From NCBI GenBank assembly GCA_037447605.1, contig CM074820.1, positions 496,001-560,000 of the forward strand: a DNA stretch of 64,000 bases. Direction: 5' to 3'. The notes below the pieces were generated by a model, which was given only the letters and a program-made list of their open reading frames with translations, was not told the DNA's origin and ran no database searches. The position numbers were made by a program, and so were the translations under genes. This document shows, one piece after another, positions 13,732 through 29,230 of the stretch. The stretch's first letter is position 1. Each line of letters starts with the position of its first letter. This DNA is from Zygnema circumcarinatum SAG 698-1b. Lineage: Eukaryota > Plantae > Zygnematophyceae.

Positions 13732-15873
13732 ATGGGAGGCGTTTCACGTGTCGCAATCATACTGATCTCTGTGGTTCTATGCTCTCAGTTAGCCGCAGCG
13801 CAGGAGGGAGAACGAATACTATTCACCACAAAGCCGGAGTCGTCCCCGGGGACTGTCTCCCTGCAGGGGGCGGAGGGGCTCAACCTGAGCATCTCCCCGA
13901 CGACATTCCGAATTCAGGGTCCGAATGAATTTTTCATCTTCCCCAACCAGGTGTGATTGATATCTTGATGACTTTGGCAAATCGTTAGTGATTCTGATGA
14001 ACGGGTTTCATCGCTGACTTTCATATTGTTATATTTTTATATATTCTACAGGTTCTGCGTGAATGGAAATGGGGGAAGTGGAAGAGGTCACGGATGTGTT
14101 TTTAGTACAGAAAAATACATTTTGCGGCTTTCTGCGGGGATGTGTTCTGTTTGGTTGACATTGAATTCATGTGATTGAATTATCCGTATTTCTGAGTTAT
14201 TGCAGACTTGGCGGTGGGCGGTGGCGAACCTGACCACACTTCCCGATTCCTTCAACGTGACGGCGACGCCGTCTTACCTTGCACCGACGCAAGTCACGCT
14301 CGTCCGCCCATCGATAGACGTGACAGGTAGATCTGTGCTTCAAACTGAAACAAAACATTCAATTATGCGTTTTTTTGCTAGTACGGCTCGCCAATATGAA
14401 GCCTCGGTAGCTGAAGTCTTTGCAAGTTGGTACTGTGGGTTATAACAGAGGGATAGGGAGAGGAAGCAGAGGGAGAGGAGCAGAGGGAGAGGAGCAGAAG
14501 GAGAGGGAGAGAGAGAGGGAGCAGAAATAGAGGGAGAGGGAGCTGAAGGAGAGGGAGCAGAGGGAGAGGGAGAGGGAGTTCCGTTTGAACTGAGAGGGCG
14601 GTGCGCTGTTCCACTGGTTTCTAAACTGCAACAGCGAACCCACGTTTTGCTGTTTCACTGATTACTCCTAGAACTTTAACAGAGAACGGTGCGTTCTATG
14701 TTCAACAGGTGCGAATTTTGTCCCGGACAACCAGGGCCGATTTTCCTTCGAGACGGAAAGCCTGAGCCTCCGCGTGGCGAGCATTCAGGGGAGCTTCCTG
14801 GGCACGCCCATCACTCAGAACAATCTGGACCTTCCGATTCCACCCGATCAACAGCCGCGGATCAACGGCCAGTTTTTCGCCGCAGACGTTCGACATCTTG
14901 ACCCACTTTGACTCTATTTGACCATTCCTGACGCATTATGACTTTTGTCGTTTGTGGTTTGTTGTTATTGGATGAGTTTAACTGACGGTGGTGTTCCATG
15001 CGCTGGTTTTGCAGAACGAGCAGATTGAACTGGACGCACAGACTCTGACGTCAGTTGCGGTCAGGTGCGTCATCCCGTTTTCGGGGTTTGGGGTTTTGGG
15101 GTTCGAACCGTTCTAGAGCATGTTGTGTTCACATGGGTTATGTCCTACACCATCCATATATGTTGTACCATGAGAACTTTAAAGCATGACTTTGTTCGCA
15201 TCCATGTTGATCAATGTTGTTGCCGTGAACAAATTCAAATCATGACTGTTTGCATCCATGTTAATTAATGTTGTTGCCATGAACAAATTCAAAGCATGAC
15301 TTCGTTCGCATCCATGTTGATCAATGTTTTGTTGCCGTGAACAAATTCAAATCACGACTGTTTGCATCCATGTTGATCAATGTTTTGTTGCCATGAACAA
15401 ATTCAAAGCATGACTTCGTTCGCATCCATGTTGATCAATGTTTTGTTGCCATGAACAAATTCAAAGCATGACTTCGTTCGCATCCATGTTGATCAATGTT
15501 TTGTTGCCATGAACAAATTCAAAGCATGACTTCGTTCGCATCCATGTTGATCAATGTTTTGTTGCCATGAACAAATTCAGAGCATGACTTTGTTCCCATC
15601 CATGTTGATCAATGTTGTTGCCATGATCAACTTCAAAGCATGACTTTGTTCCCATCCATGTTGATCAATGTTGTTGCCATGAACAAATTCAAAGCATGAA
15701 TCTGTTCGCATCCATGTTGGTGCAGGGATGTCCTCCGAGCCCTTAACGCTCCATCCCCTGTTCTGAACGCCGCGGGCGACGGAGCCATCAACTTCAACAT
15801 CACTTTGCAGGCGTTCGGCGCATACCCCGTCACGCCCTTCGCCGCGCCTCCATCCCCGGACGAGTTCTACTAG
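13732..15873 (+). CDS. Secreted protein of unknown function (~240 aa)
   Basis: Five phase-consistent exons: ~13732-13950, 14209-14327, 14709-14889, 15015-15064 and 15728-15873. Signal peptide MGGVSRVAIILISVVLCSQLAAA; continues IFPNQ|TWRWAVANLTT...DVT|GANFVPDNQGRF...FFAAD|NEQIELDAQTLTSVAV|RDVLRAL...PPSPDEFY*. I recognise no family. Confidence 0.75.
15180..15715. repeat. Intronic minisatellite, ~58-60 bp unit, about 9 copies
   Basis: Unit CATCCATGTTGATCAATGTT(TT)GTTGCCATGAACAAATTCAAAGCATGACTT(C/T)GTTCG repeated head to tail inside the last intron of the secreted-protein gene. Confidence 0.9.
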
Positions 15874-16408
15874 ACACTGGCGACATCATCGAGACGCGTG
15901 CAACATCATTGGAAGCCCTTTGAGAAGCATGTTGACATCCGTCCTTGAAGGGTCCTGCTAAGCGATACCTAAGGGGCCGAGTACAAGCAGGAGAGGGAGT
16001 TTTTGAGTCACTTATAGCACGTTCACACTATATGGAAGTGACGAATAAAGGCGGTGTTGGTGTCGTTAGTTTGTATATGAGTAAGTGACGGAGATAGGTT
16101 CGTCTTTTGTATAGATGGAAGCGGGCGGGTTTCAACATTGTACATTGCATAGTTTTGAACAACATGATGGTGAGGTTGTGTGGCATGCGATTTGCATGAC
16201 ATTGCGTTTCATGATGTTGGTGAAAAGACCATGCGACGTGCATGATGGCCTTTAGGAAAGTGTGCACATTTCTACATGTAAAAAAGCAGGACGTAAAGAA
16301 AGTTCCAAAAGATCGTTGCGACTGCTGGAAACATGCTCTACGAATAACGACTAATAAGATAATAAGCTAGTAAGATAAACGATATATTGTTGGATAGCAA
16401 GCAACCAT

Positions 16409-16450
<42 letters not shown>

Positions 16451-17003
16451 CATCGCCCCTGACAGGCAACTGCGCGCCTTTTTCGGCGTCGGCTCGTGAT
16501 CGCCGCTCGCGACACTCACCAAACTCCCGTTCTATGCACGCACGCCGCGTTTCACTGAGCGAGAACTGGGACAGGGACTCCGTTGAATGTGCCCTGTTAA
16601 ACGTGGATCCAATCACGGCTTGCCACGTGTACAAGTTTGTTGACGTGACAGAACCTGATTGGTCTGGTTGAGACACAGGCCGCTTAAATGGTCGGCGGCG
16701 CCTTTCAGGCCTAAGGCTTCTCCTGCATTGCAGGATTTGCAGATGTTCAATTTTTTTTCCATTTGCAGGTATTATTGTTCTGTTCGTTTCAAAAACATCT
16801 GATATTTCGTTCCTGCTGGAATAGTTTGAAGAAATTTGAAGAGAAAAATGTTCAGGCGCTAATTGCAGGGAAGGTTTCAGGGAGTGGAGGGAGAGTGGGG
16901 CTATGGGAAGGAAGGGCTGAGGAAGAGGGAGGACGGAGGAGAGGGAGGTAGCGGGTAGAGGGAGACGGAGGAGGGAGAGAGGGAGTTCTTGAAGGAAGAA
17001 GCC

Positions 17004-17941
17004 ATGAACATATTTTTGCGGAAACTGAAGGCAGGAGTTTGTTTAGTCATGCACCGCTTCAACAGGACCAACAGGTGGCAACAGCGAGAGTCTCCAAACA
17101 TTTTTTAAAACAAATAAGAATGAAAATATGAAGACTTCTATTGCTCAAGAAGAAGAAATTTACTCTCCCTTATTTATACCATCATTGTTTGCAGATTAGA
17201 GATACCAGCAATTTCGAATCTAGCAATTGCTTGTTCATATGTGAGGCTCATGTTTCTCTCTTTTTCTGTCAGTAAATAACAGCTTTGAATGTATTGTTAC
17301 CTTTTCCGGCTGGCTGCCTCCTGCATCTGTAAACAGTTTTCTTCCTTTCATTCTATTCCTTTTCATTTCTTTCCTTCCGGTGCTTCAAGGATTCCTTTGG
17401 TGCTGTACTCTGTTTGACATTTAGCGAGTACATATTGAAAATTATCAAGCAGAGGATGTGGAGCATTTCATTCAAATCTGATTTCTTTCTGATTACTTCA
17501 TTTTTTTCAGGTAGAAAGAAATCTGTCTACAAATGTTGAATCAATAGTTAATTATCCCTAACATCTCTGAAGTTAAATTATTATCATCAGCTACAATCAT
17601 TTTCAGACATCCAGCTGACACACGGGATGAGTCAAATATTTCCAGTGATCTTGCTCGCTTTTATCATTGACTGCCTGCCATAGTCACAAAATGTTAGAGT
17701 CGAAGCATTGTTTACTCGCTGATAAGTGTCTATGATACTGCAAGTGTGCAGGAGGAAATGGCTGGTGAGGAAGAGGAGCTCAAAACGTGACTACTCTGAA
17801 CTGCTGAAGCGGAGTGCCTGGTTGGAGCAGAAGCTTGCAGAACGGCATGCTCGCAGGGTGCTGCTGAAGCAGGAAGATGGAAGCAGGCTGCGTGATTCCC
17901 AGGATCCTGATGCGCATTTGATTGACAAGATGAGCTACTGA
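17004..17941 (+). CDS. Possible small basic hypothetical protein
   Basis: ATG in GAAGCCATG context gives MNIFLRKLKAGVCLVMHRFNRTNR. A phase-compatible splice to ~17748 gives RKWLVRKRSSKRDYSELLKRSAWLEQKLAERHARRVLL...KMSY*. The donor is weak and no homology is recognised. Confidence 0.3.
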
Positions 17942-19072
17942 CAAGGCACACTTCATTCGTGATGCTCAGCAGGTTTCAAGATTCTCATACAGTTGAATGC
18001 TTTTTGTAGGCAGCCAAACTTTCTTGACCTTTCTCAAGTCACGGCACCTCACGTCACATCATGTCAGTTCACGCACGTCAAGTCAAGTTGAGTCTAATAA
18101 AGTCAATGGCCTCAGCCTTGTTGCTTGTGTCACTGAAAAGGCATCCTGGTCGAAACGAAAACTTTTCGGTCAACAGATCACTGAAAGAATGTTATCTGGT
18201 TGATTTGCTTCAATTTTTTGTGCATCCCATGCTTTATAGTGACCGATCAGACTGCTCTTTTCTGTTTTGAAATGTTTCGTTTATATTGATGGATCTTCAG
18301 AAATTCACAATGTTTCTGTAAATTTTAGAGTGTCGGGGAGACGAAATATCACTACTTCAATACTTGGTATCTTTTTGGTAGAAAGGTCACGTCTTCCAAG
18401 GAATTAGCTCCCAGCTGATAAACTTTTCATTAGGAATTCGGTCGGCCGACTATGTGATTACCAATGGTTGCAACCTATGGCAAGGATTGGCGACCCTCTG
18501 AATGATTGAATCTCGTGGTACCAGTGCCAATAAGTAGGTAGGTCTTGGCAATGGACAATGCTTGACGACCATTGAATCCAACGATCCAATGGTTGGCAGC
18601 ATCATTTGAAGCTCGAAGTCTACTCCGCGATTGTCAGATGCAAACTCAACGTCTCCACATTATATGAAGGCGATTTGCTTTGACCACAGAGAGGATCCAA
18701 ACGAAGCCAAACTGATGACTAAAAAATTCACTTCTCAAAAGCAAAAGAAAAAGTAGAAATAAACAAAGAAAAGGGAAGAGAAAAATGGCATTGATCTCAC
18801 GATGGCGATGTCATCAAATATGCTCCCAATCCCAACCCAAAAACGAAGACAAGCCGTACATTCGTACAGCCGTACAATCATACGACCGTACGGCTACGCG
18901 GCTTTGTTCATTCCCTCCCGCGTGGCGCTCGAGGCAATGATGATGACGCCAGCGCCGCCATGTGCGACCGATTTGCTGTCGTCGGCTTCGCTCATCATTT
19001 CCTCGTGAATAGCCGTAGAACAGTAGAGCTCCAGTAGCGTCCAACTGACTCAGTTTGCCAGCTGGCACCAGC

Positions 19073-21491
19073 ATGGCAGCGGGCGTGTGCCGCGTGGCGG
19101 CCGGAGAGTGGGCCGTGGGCATCGTAGGAACAGCCCCAGCCAATGGTGTGGCGACACGTGGCGTCAGGGCTGTGGGGGGTGAGTAAGATAGGGAAGAATT
19201 GATAAAGTGTTTTTTTTTTTTTCCCGAATTCTGAACATGAAATTTTTATGAAATGAAAAGAAAATATGAAAATATGAATGCATTGCATTTTTTTTTTTTG
19301 CATCGAAACTGTCCATGTACTTTTTTTTTTGTTCAATTCATGGTTTCTTAATTTTTCCCTTCTTTCAAACGCGCAGGATCTGAAACGAAACTTTCGACTT
19401 CCCCATCAGCCCTAGCTTCCCCCCAAACCCTAATTTCTTCCAAAACCCTAATTCCCATCAAAACCCCTAAAACCCTAATTCCTTTCAAAACCCTATCTCC
19501 CCTCAAGACCCCTAAAATCCTACGCCCTCTCCCCGCCTGCCACGCGTCCTTCCAAGACGACCTCCCATTGGTCGCCGCCATGGGGGCGTGCCTCGTGGTT
19601 TCTGGAATTCCGCTCATTTTTCCGACCAAGGGACGAGGCGAAGACGGGGAAAAACGGAATGAAATTGAGAGGGAGATCGTTTTAGGGTCTTCGGAAGTGC
19701 GCTACGGCGCCATGACGGTCATCGGATTCATCCCGCTCTTCAACTGGCTGGTGAGGGGTTTAGGGTTCGGGGTTTGGGGTTTAGGGTTAGGGTTTAGGGT
19801 TTAGGGTTTAGGTTCTGGGGTTAAGGGTTTAGGTTCTGGGGTTTAGGGTTTAGGTTCTGGGGTTTAGGGTTTGGGGCTTGGGGTGTGGGGTTCAAGGTTC
19901 AGGAATCTCAACAGAAAGTGTCTCCTCAAGGGAGACCGTTGTATGTTCTCAGTTTCAGTTCTCAGTTGTAGACTCCCTGAAAGCACAGACTAGTCTACAT
20001 ACGAGAGCGAGTTCCGTTATCAGTTTAACTGACATGGAACGCGTGCTTTTTGGGGAATGGTTGGGGAAATTGTGGGAAATAATTACAAATCTAGACCTGG
20101 ATTTTTGCGTATTTGGATACGAGGGAAATTCGATATCTCATTTTTGGAATCGTCTACGCCGCCCCATACTTGAAGTAGGTACCCCCTAAATCCCTAAAAA
20201 CCCAAAAAAGAATCATCTTTTCTTATTTATTCACGTGCAACACATTTTCCTTCATTCGATTGTTTTCTAGAAGATATTCTACACCTCCACAAAGAAAAGT
20301 TTTGGGGTCTCAAAGGGAATGTTGGAGGGTTTTATATTTCTAGGGTTTAAGGCCTTGAACATTCTGGAAACTTTTATGGGAAAATTTGCAACATAACGGA
20401 TCCTTTTTTTGCACAAGTCGCAAAAAAGCTAACTTTTTTTTTCCCTTTTTTTCACTTTTTTTTGTACGGCAGAACAGGGTTGAGCCTGTCACCAGATGAC
20501 AGCTGGGTGCCTCTCCTCAGCGTTTTCTTGTGCGGAGTACACGTCCAGGTACACTGAACCTGACCGCAGATTCATCCCCCCTGGACTCCTTTCCGCATCT
20601 TGTTTCTATTCCTCTGCCAAACATTGGCATCCCAACTCATATACTGTACCGAATAGAGAGTTTCAAGAGTTTTACATTTTTTTTTTTTCTGTAGGGGTGT
20701 AGGGTTCAAAGTTAACGTTTAATTTTTTCCTTTTATATACATATTTTTCATAAGTGCTTGGGGGGGGGAAGGAATTACATCGCAGTTCGATAAATTTGCA
20801 GAGGACTCGGAGCCCCTGCTAAAGACCGCTCCTGATTGGTCGAAAAAATTGAGCATTCGAGAGATAACAAAAGCCCTCTCAAGTTTGAATCCGAATTCGA
20901 ATTCCCAAGAGGTAAACCCCATCTTTTGACCCAAGAGAGACTGTGAGAGAGAGGGATGGGGAGAGGGAGGGAGGAGGGGGAGGGAAGGAGAGAGAGAGAG
21001 AGATAGGGAGGGAGGGAGAGGCGGTGGGGAGGGAGAGGGGAAGGGAGGGTAAGGGGAGGGTGAGGAGTGGAGCAAAAGGGTGGGCGATAGAGAGGGGAGG
21101 GAGGGGTTGGGAAGGAGGGAGAGGGTGAAAAAGGAAGAGAGAGGGAAGCGAGAGAGGGAGAGAGGGAGGGGAGGGACGGGAGGGACGGGAGGGAGGGGAG
21201 GGAGGAAGAGAGGGGGAGGAGGAAGCGAGAGAGTGAAGCGAGGGAGGGAGGGAGAGAGGGAGGGGAGGGAGGGTAGGAGCTATCTTTGTAGTTTTTGCTT
21301 GGACATCTTCTTCACTTTGAACTTTTTTTGGGTCTCTTTTTTGTTCTGGGCGAGAGCAGAAAAGGAGAGAGGAGGAAGAGGAGGCGGCGCGGAGGTCGTT
21401 GGAAGAAACAAAATGGGAAATGAGACAATGGGATAAAAAATTTAAGCAGACGGAACGAAACGGAAGCAAGGACCCCGAAAGTGACAAATAA
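19073..21491 (+). CDS. Conserved plant plastid membrane protein of unknown function
   Basis: Six exons (~19073-19178, 19377-19750, 20095-20174, 20471-20549, 20786-20909, 21354-21491). They give MTVIGFIPLFNWL|TWIFAYLDTREIRYLIFGIVYAAPYL|K-TGLSLSPDDSWVPLLSVFLCGVHVQ, which I recognise from a land-plant uncharacterised family (VISFIPYFNWLSWVFAWLDT...LSLSPEESWLP). The N-terminus looks like a transit peptide. Confidence 0.8.
19757..19882 (+). repeat. Intronic telomere-like (TTTAGGG) degenerate tract
   Basis: GGGTTTAGGGTT repeats start a few bases after the GTGAG donor at 19751. Confidence 0.85.
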
Positions 21492-22178
21492 GAGTAGAAG
21501 TTCCATGTGAGGGCAATTTCAGTTCCAGTTTCAGTTTGGATTTTTTTTGCGCATCAATTTCCGTGCTTTATCTCACTTGCGTCATTGAACGCAATTTTTG
21601 GAGGAAAGAAAATCGAGGTCAAGTTTGGTGCTCTAGGGGCAAGGGCCCTTAGAATATGATGCTTTTCTTTTCTTTTTGGGGTCGCCCGGTTTCAGTAGTG
21701 AGTGGATTTTTCGATCGGATGAATTGTAAATATTTTCGGAAAAAAAAAAGCCCTTCAGCTGCCCCGCACTGCATTTTTTTGGCTCTCGATTTCTGGCAGT
21801 CGGCCAATCGGTGCCCCCTTCTGTGTCAGCCGTGACGCGACGTGACGTGACGTAATCTAAATTTGCCATGATGCCATTTTCCTTTCGATGTAAATTTGTA
21901 TTACGTAGGGAGACATGTCATGACGTCACATACATGAATTCTCATGACGTCACTCATGAAATGAAGTGAAACAAGGCATGACATAAAGTGTTGTACCGTA
22001 CGAACATTACATGACGTAACATGACGTAACGTGATATATCTTAACATGACAATATATGATATGTGATATAATATGACATGAGATACATATTTAGGGTTTG
22101 AGGTTTTTAGGGTTTTCCCCGCTCCCCAAACCCCCCTTGGCAAAGTCCTGAACCCGAACCCCTTATATAAAAAAGCCG

Positions 22179-25872
<3,694 letters not shown>

Positions 25873-26213
25873 CCTATCGGAGGGCGCCACGTGGCTTCGC
25901 ACGCGGGAAGACGGACTTTAAGGTTTCTAGGGTGTTAGGGTTTTTTTTCGCACGTGGGACGGCGGACGCCTGTTGGAGTCAGCTGTGTGGGGGGGATGAG
26001 GGAGGGACCACGTCACGTTTATGACCGTACTGTACCGTTTTCCGTCATTTCGTACGATATGACATTTGTACGAAAATATTCGACACTGCTCGTCACATGA
26101 CGTTATGTCATTGTCGGTGAGGCATCCGGGCAGCAGGAAAAAAATATAAACATTGTGGGGTTGCGCGCGGGCTTCAATGCCGGACCAGAAATGCAAAGCT
26201 TTGTCGGAAAAAA

Positions 26214-26828
26214 GGAAAATGATACAGCCGCCCCACTTTTTGGATATCCGCGCCCCCTTTCGGGAAAATTTGTACTTTCATTTTGGCTAATCACGCCCCC
26301 CCCTTGGATCTTTCGGGAGGAGAGATCTTGTCGACAATCGGACCCCGCGCCTCGCGCGCAGGATCCGACCGTGCACCGACGTACGGCGCCGCGCATCGCC
26401 GGCCCGCGAGATGCGGTTAGCCTACAGAGATGTTGTCCTTACCTGACCCATTTGGGTCCAGGTTGCCACGTGGCAGTCTGCCATTGGACAGCCTTGCTTC
26501 CGGTCCCCCATGCCGTCGAACCCCCTATCGCCATGGGGGACCGGAAACAGAGCTGTCCAATGGCAGACTGCCACGTGGCTACCTCGGACCCAAAAGGGTC
26601 AGATGAGGACAACATTTCTGTAGGCTTCGCGGGCCGCCCCGCGATGCGCGGCGCCGTACGTCGGTGCACGGTCGGATCCTGCGCGCGAGGCGCGGGGTCC
26701 GATTGTCGATCAAGATCTCTCCTCCCGAAAGATCCAAGGGGGGGGCGTGATTAGCCAAAAGGAAAGTACAGTTTTTTCCCGAAAGGGGGCGCATATATCC
26801 AAAAAGTGGGGCGGCTGTATCATTTTCC
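26214..26828. mobile_element. Foldback / MULE-like non-autonomous element made almost entirely of long inverted arms
   Basis: Left arm ~26214-26512 and right arm ~26532-26828 are near-perfect reverse complements (termini GGAAAATGATAC...GTATCATTTTCC) around a ~19 nt loop. Flanks GGAAAAAA and GGAAAATA look like an 8-bp TSD with one mismatch. Confidence 0.8.
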
Positions 26829-27353
26829 GGAAAATAATCCTTTTCTTTCAATACCGTACCGTACTGGATCGTACGAAATGAACATTTCGTTTTCGTTTCG
26901 TAAAATTGAACTTTTGCTGTATTTAGGGTTTAGGGTTTTGGGTTGCGGTTTCAGGATTAGGGTTTTGGGATTTTGAGGTGTAGGGATTAAGGGTTCAGGA
27001 GTCTCCCGCGAGCCAATTCCGACCCAAGGGACCGACCGCAAGGGTTCAGGGTCGAACTAAATCTCAAAACTTTCGGGGGTTCAGGGCGGGCAGGCCTTCC
27101 CGGGACCGTTTGTCGATTCCCATGGTTCCATGGTTTGGGATTGAGCGCGATGTTACAGTTCTACGGCTTTCAGTGATTTTTAAATTTTAAGACTGGGAGT
27201 CGAATTTAGGGTTTCAGTGTGTTTTGTTTTCGCGTTTTAGGATCGAGGAGCATGGCTTCAGGGTTTATGGTTCGTTAGGGTTTGGGGTTCAGGGGTTAGG
27301 TATTAAGGTTTGAATTTTAGAGTTGAGGGTTCAGGGTTGAGGGTTTAGAGTTG

Positions 27354-29230
27354 ATGTCGGCGTGGCGGGCGGCGGTGCGCGAGGCGTGCGAGCGCGTGGT
27401 GGTGATCACGAACTTCGCGTGCTTCTACAACGTCTTCACGAACTATGTCATGGAGGTCACCATGGTGGGCGCCCCCATGCATGCCCCCATGCATGCCCCA
27501 TGCCCCCCATGCATGCCCCCATGCATGTCCACCAGATAATCGCCTCCTTAACTATACTCCAAACGCCTACCCCATAACTGCATGAAGAGGGCTCTGTACC
27601 AGTTGTGGACAGAGTTCGAGTTTATTCTGTTCATACTTCAATCCAACTTAAATTTCACCATCTGCAAAAGTTCTGAACAAATCCCAGACAATTTTCTCAC
27701 AAATCCGACCCTATCAAACTTCTACTGGATTCTCACCCCCTCTCCCTCTCCCTCTCCCTCTCCCTCTCCCTCTCCCTCTCCCTCTCCCTCTTCCTCTCCC
27801 TCTCCCTCCTCTCCCTCTCCCTCTCCCTCTCCTCTCCCTCCCTCTCCCTCTTTCCCTCTCCCTCTCTCTCCCTCTCCCTCCTCTCCCTCTCCTCTCCCTC
27901 TCCCTCTCCCTCTCCCTCTCCTCTCCCTCTCCCTCCCTCTCCCTCTCCCTCCCTCTCCCTCCTCCCTCTCCTCTCCCTCTCCCTCTCCCTCTCCCTCTCC
28001 CTCTCCCTCTCCCTCTCCCTCTCCCTCCTCCCTCTCCCTCCTCCCTCCCTCTCCCTCTCCCTCTCCCTCCCTCTCCCTCTCCCTCCTCCTCTCCCTCTCC
28101 CTCTCCCTCCTCCCTCTCCCTCCTCCCTCTCCTCTCCCTCTCCCTCTCCCTCTCCCTCCCTCTCCCTCTCCCTCTCCCTCCTCTCCTCTCCTCTCCCTCT
28201 CCCTCCTCTCCCTCTCTCCCTCTCCCTCCTCTCCCTCTCCCTCTCCCTCTCCCTCTCCCTCTCTCCCTCTCCCTCTCCTCTCCTCTCCCTCTCCCTCTCC
28301 CTCTCCCTCTCCCTCTCCCTCTCCCTCTCCTCCCTCTCCCTCTCCCTCTCCCTCTCCCTCTCCCTCTCCCTCTCCCTCTCCCTCCAGTGCATGGGCCCTA
28401 GCATGCTCCCCACCTTCAACGCCTCCGGCGACGTGGTCCTCCTCGAGCACTTGAGCCCTCGCCTCGCCTCTCTCCGCGCGGGCGATGTCGTCGTCGCGAA
28501 GTCGCCCACGAACCCGAAGCTGACCGTCTGCAAGCGCGTGCTCGGCCTCGAGGGTGCAAAAATTACAGTCCTGCCCCTGCACGAGAGGGGCTCCGTGCAT
28601 CACGTTACGGTAAAAAAATTCAAAATTTAAGTTAATATGAAAGTTAAATCTTCTGTCTTCGCCCTTCAAAGAGAGCGGATCGACGAGTCTGTGTTGTGTA
28701 AGTTTTCGGGGGGTTTAGGGTTTTGAGGGAACATCTGAGTCTGGGAGCCTTTTTGGTTTGTTTTTTTTAACCCTAAACCCTAAAGTTCAAACCCTGAACC
28801 CTAAACTCTAAACCGTAAACCCTGAACTCTAAACCCTAAACCCTAAAAATCATTGATTTTCTCATCTGGTTTTTTGGATACAGGTCCCCAAAGGACACGT
28901 GTGGCTGCAGGGAGACAATTTGTACAACTCGACGGATTCTCGCCATTACGGACCCGTCCCTTATGCTCTTATTCGCGGGAAGGTCTTCTATAAGGTACTG
29001 GCTCCGAATGTCGTAATCCGTGAATTTTACTTTATTTTCAGTAATCCGAAATATCGGAATCGTATTCGTATCTTAATGTCATTTGAATTTCAGTCGAATA
29101 TTTCCAATCGAATTTTTCATTTTTGGGTGCAATTGGTTCCCTGTGACTGACGAACGGGTTCTATGTTTGATCGTTTTTACAGATATGGCCTCCTCAGGAA
29201 ATTGGGCCTGTCCTTAGTCGAGAAATGTAG
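27354..29230 (+). CDS. IMP1: Mitochondrial inner membrane protease subunit 1 (peptidase S26)
   Basis: Four exons: [12 protein letters not shown]...EVTM | [21 protein letters not shown]...[25 protein letters not shown] | [37 protein letters not shown] | [15 protein letters not shown]. The catalytic Ser (GPSM) and Lys (CKR) and the GDN/DSR motifs are present. Confidence 0.96.
27736..28385 (+). repeat. (CCCTCT)n-type pure pyrimidine tract in IMP1 intron 1
   Basis: About 650 nt of only C and T, ending at the acceptor AG 28386-28387. Confidence 0.95.

Noticed and set aside
14052-14086. Candidate 35-nt exon (VLREWKWGKWK) in the secreted-protein gene
   Set aside because: Including it shifts the frame and creates a stop in the next exon; skipping it gives a continuous ORF.
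15180-15715. Regular ~60-bp periodicity suggesting CRISPR
   Set aside because: Whole units repeat with no unique spacers; it is a minisatellite.
27582-28669. ORFs of 266-315 aa with (SP)n or (GE)n repeats
   Set aside because: They come from the (CCCTCT)n tract of IMP1 intron 1; the real exon starts at 28388.
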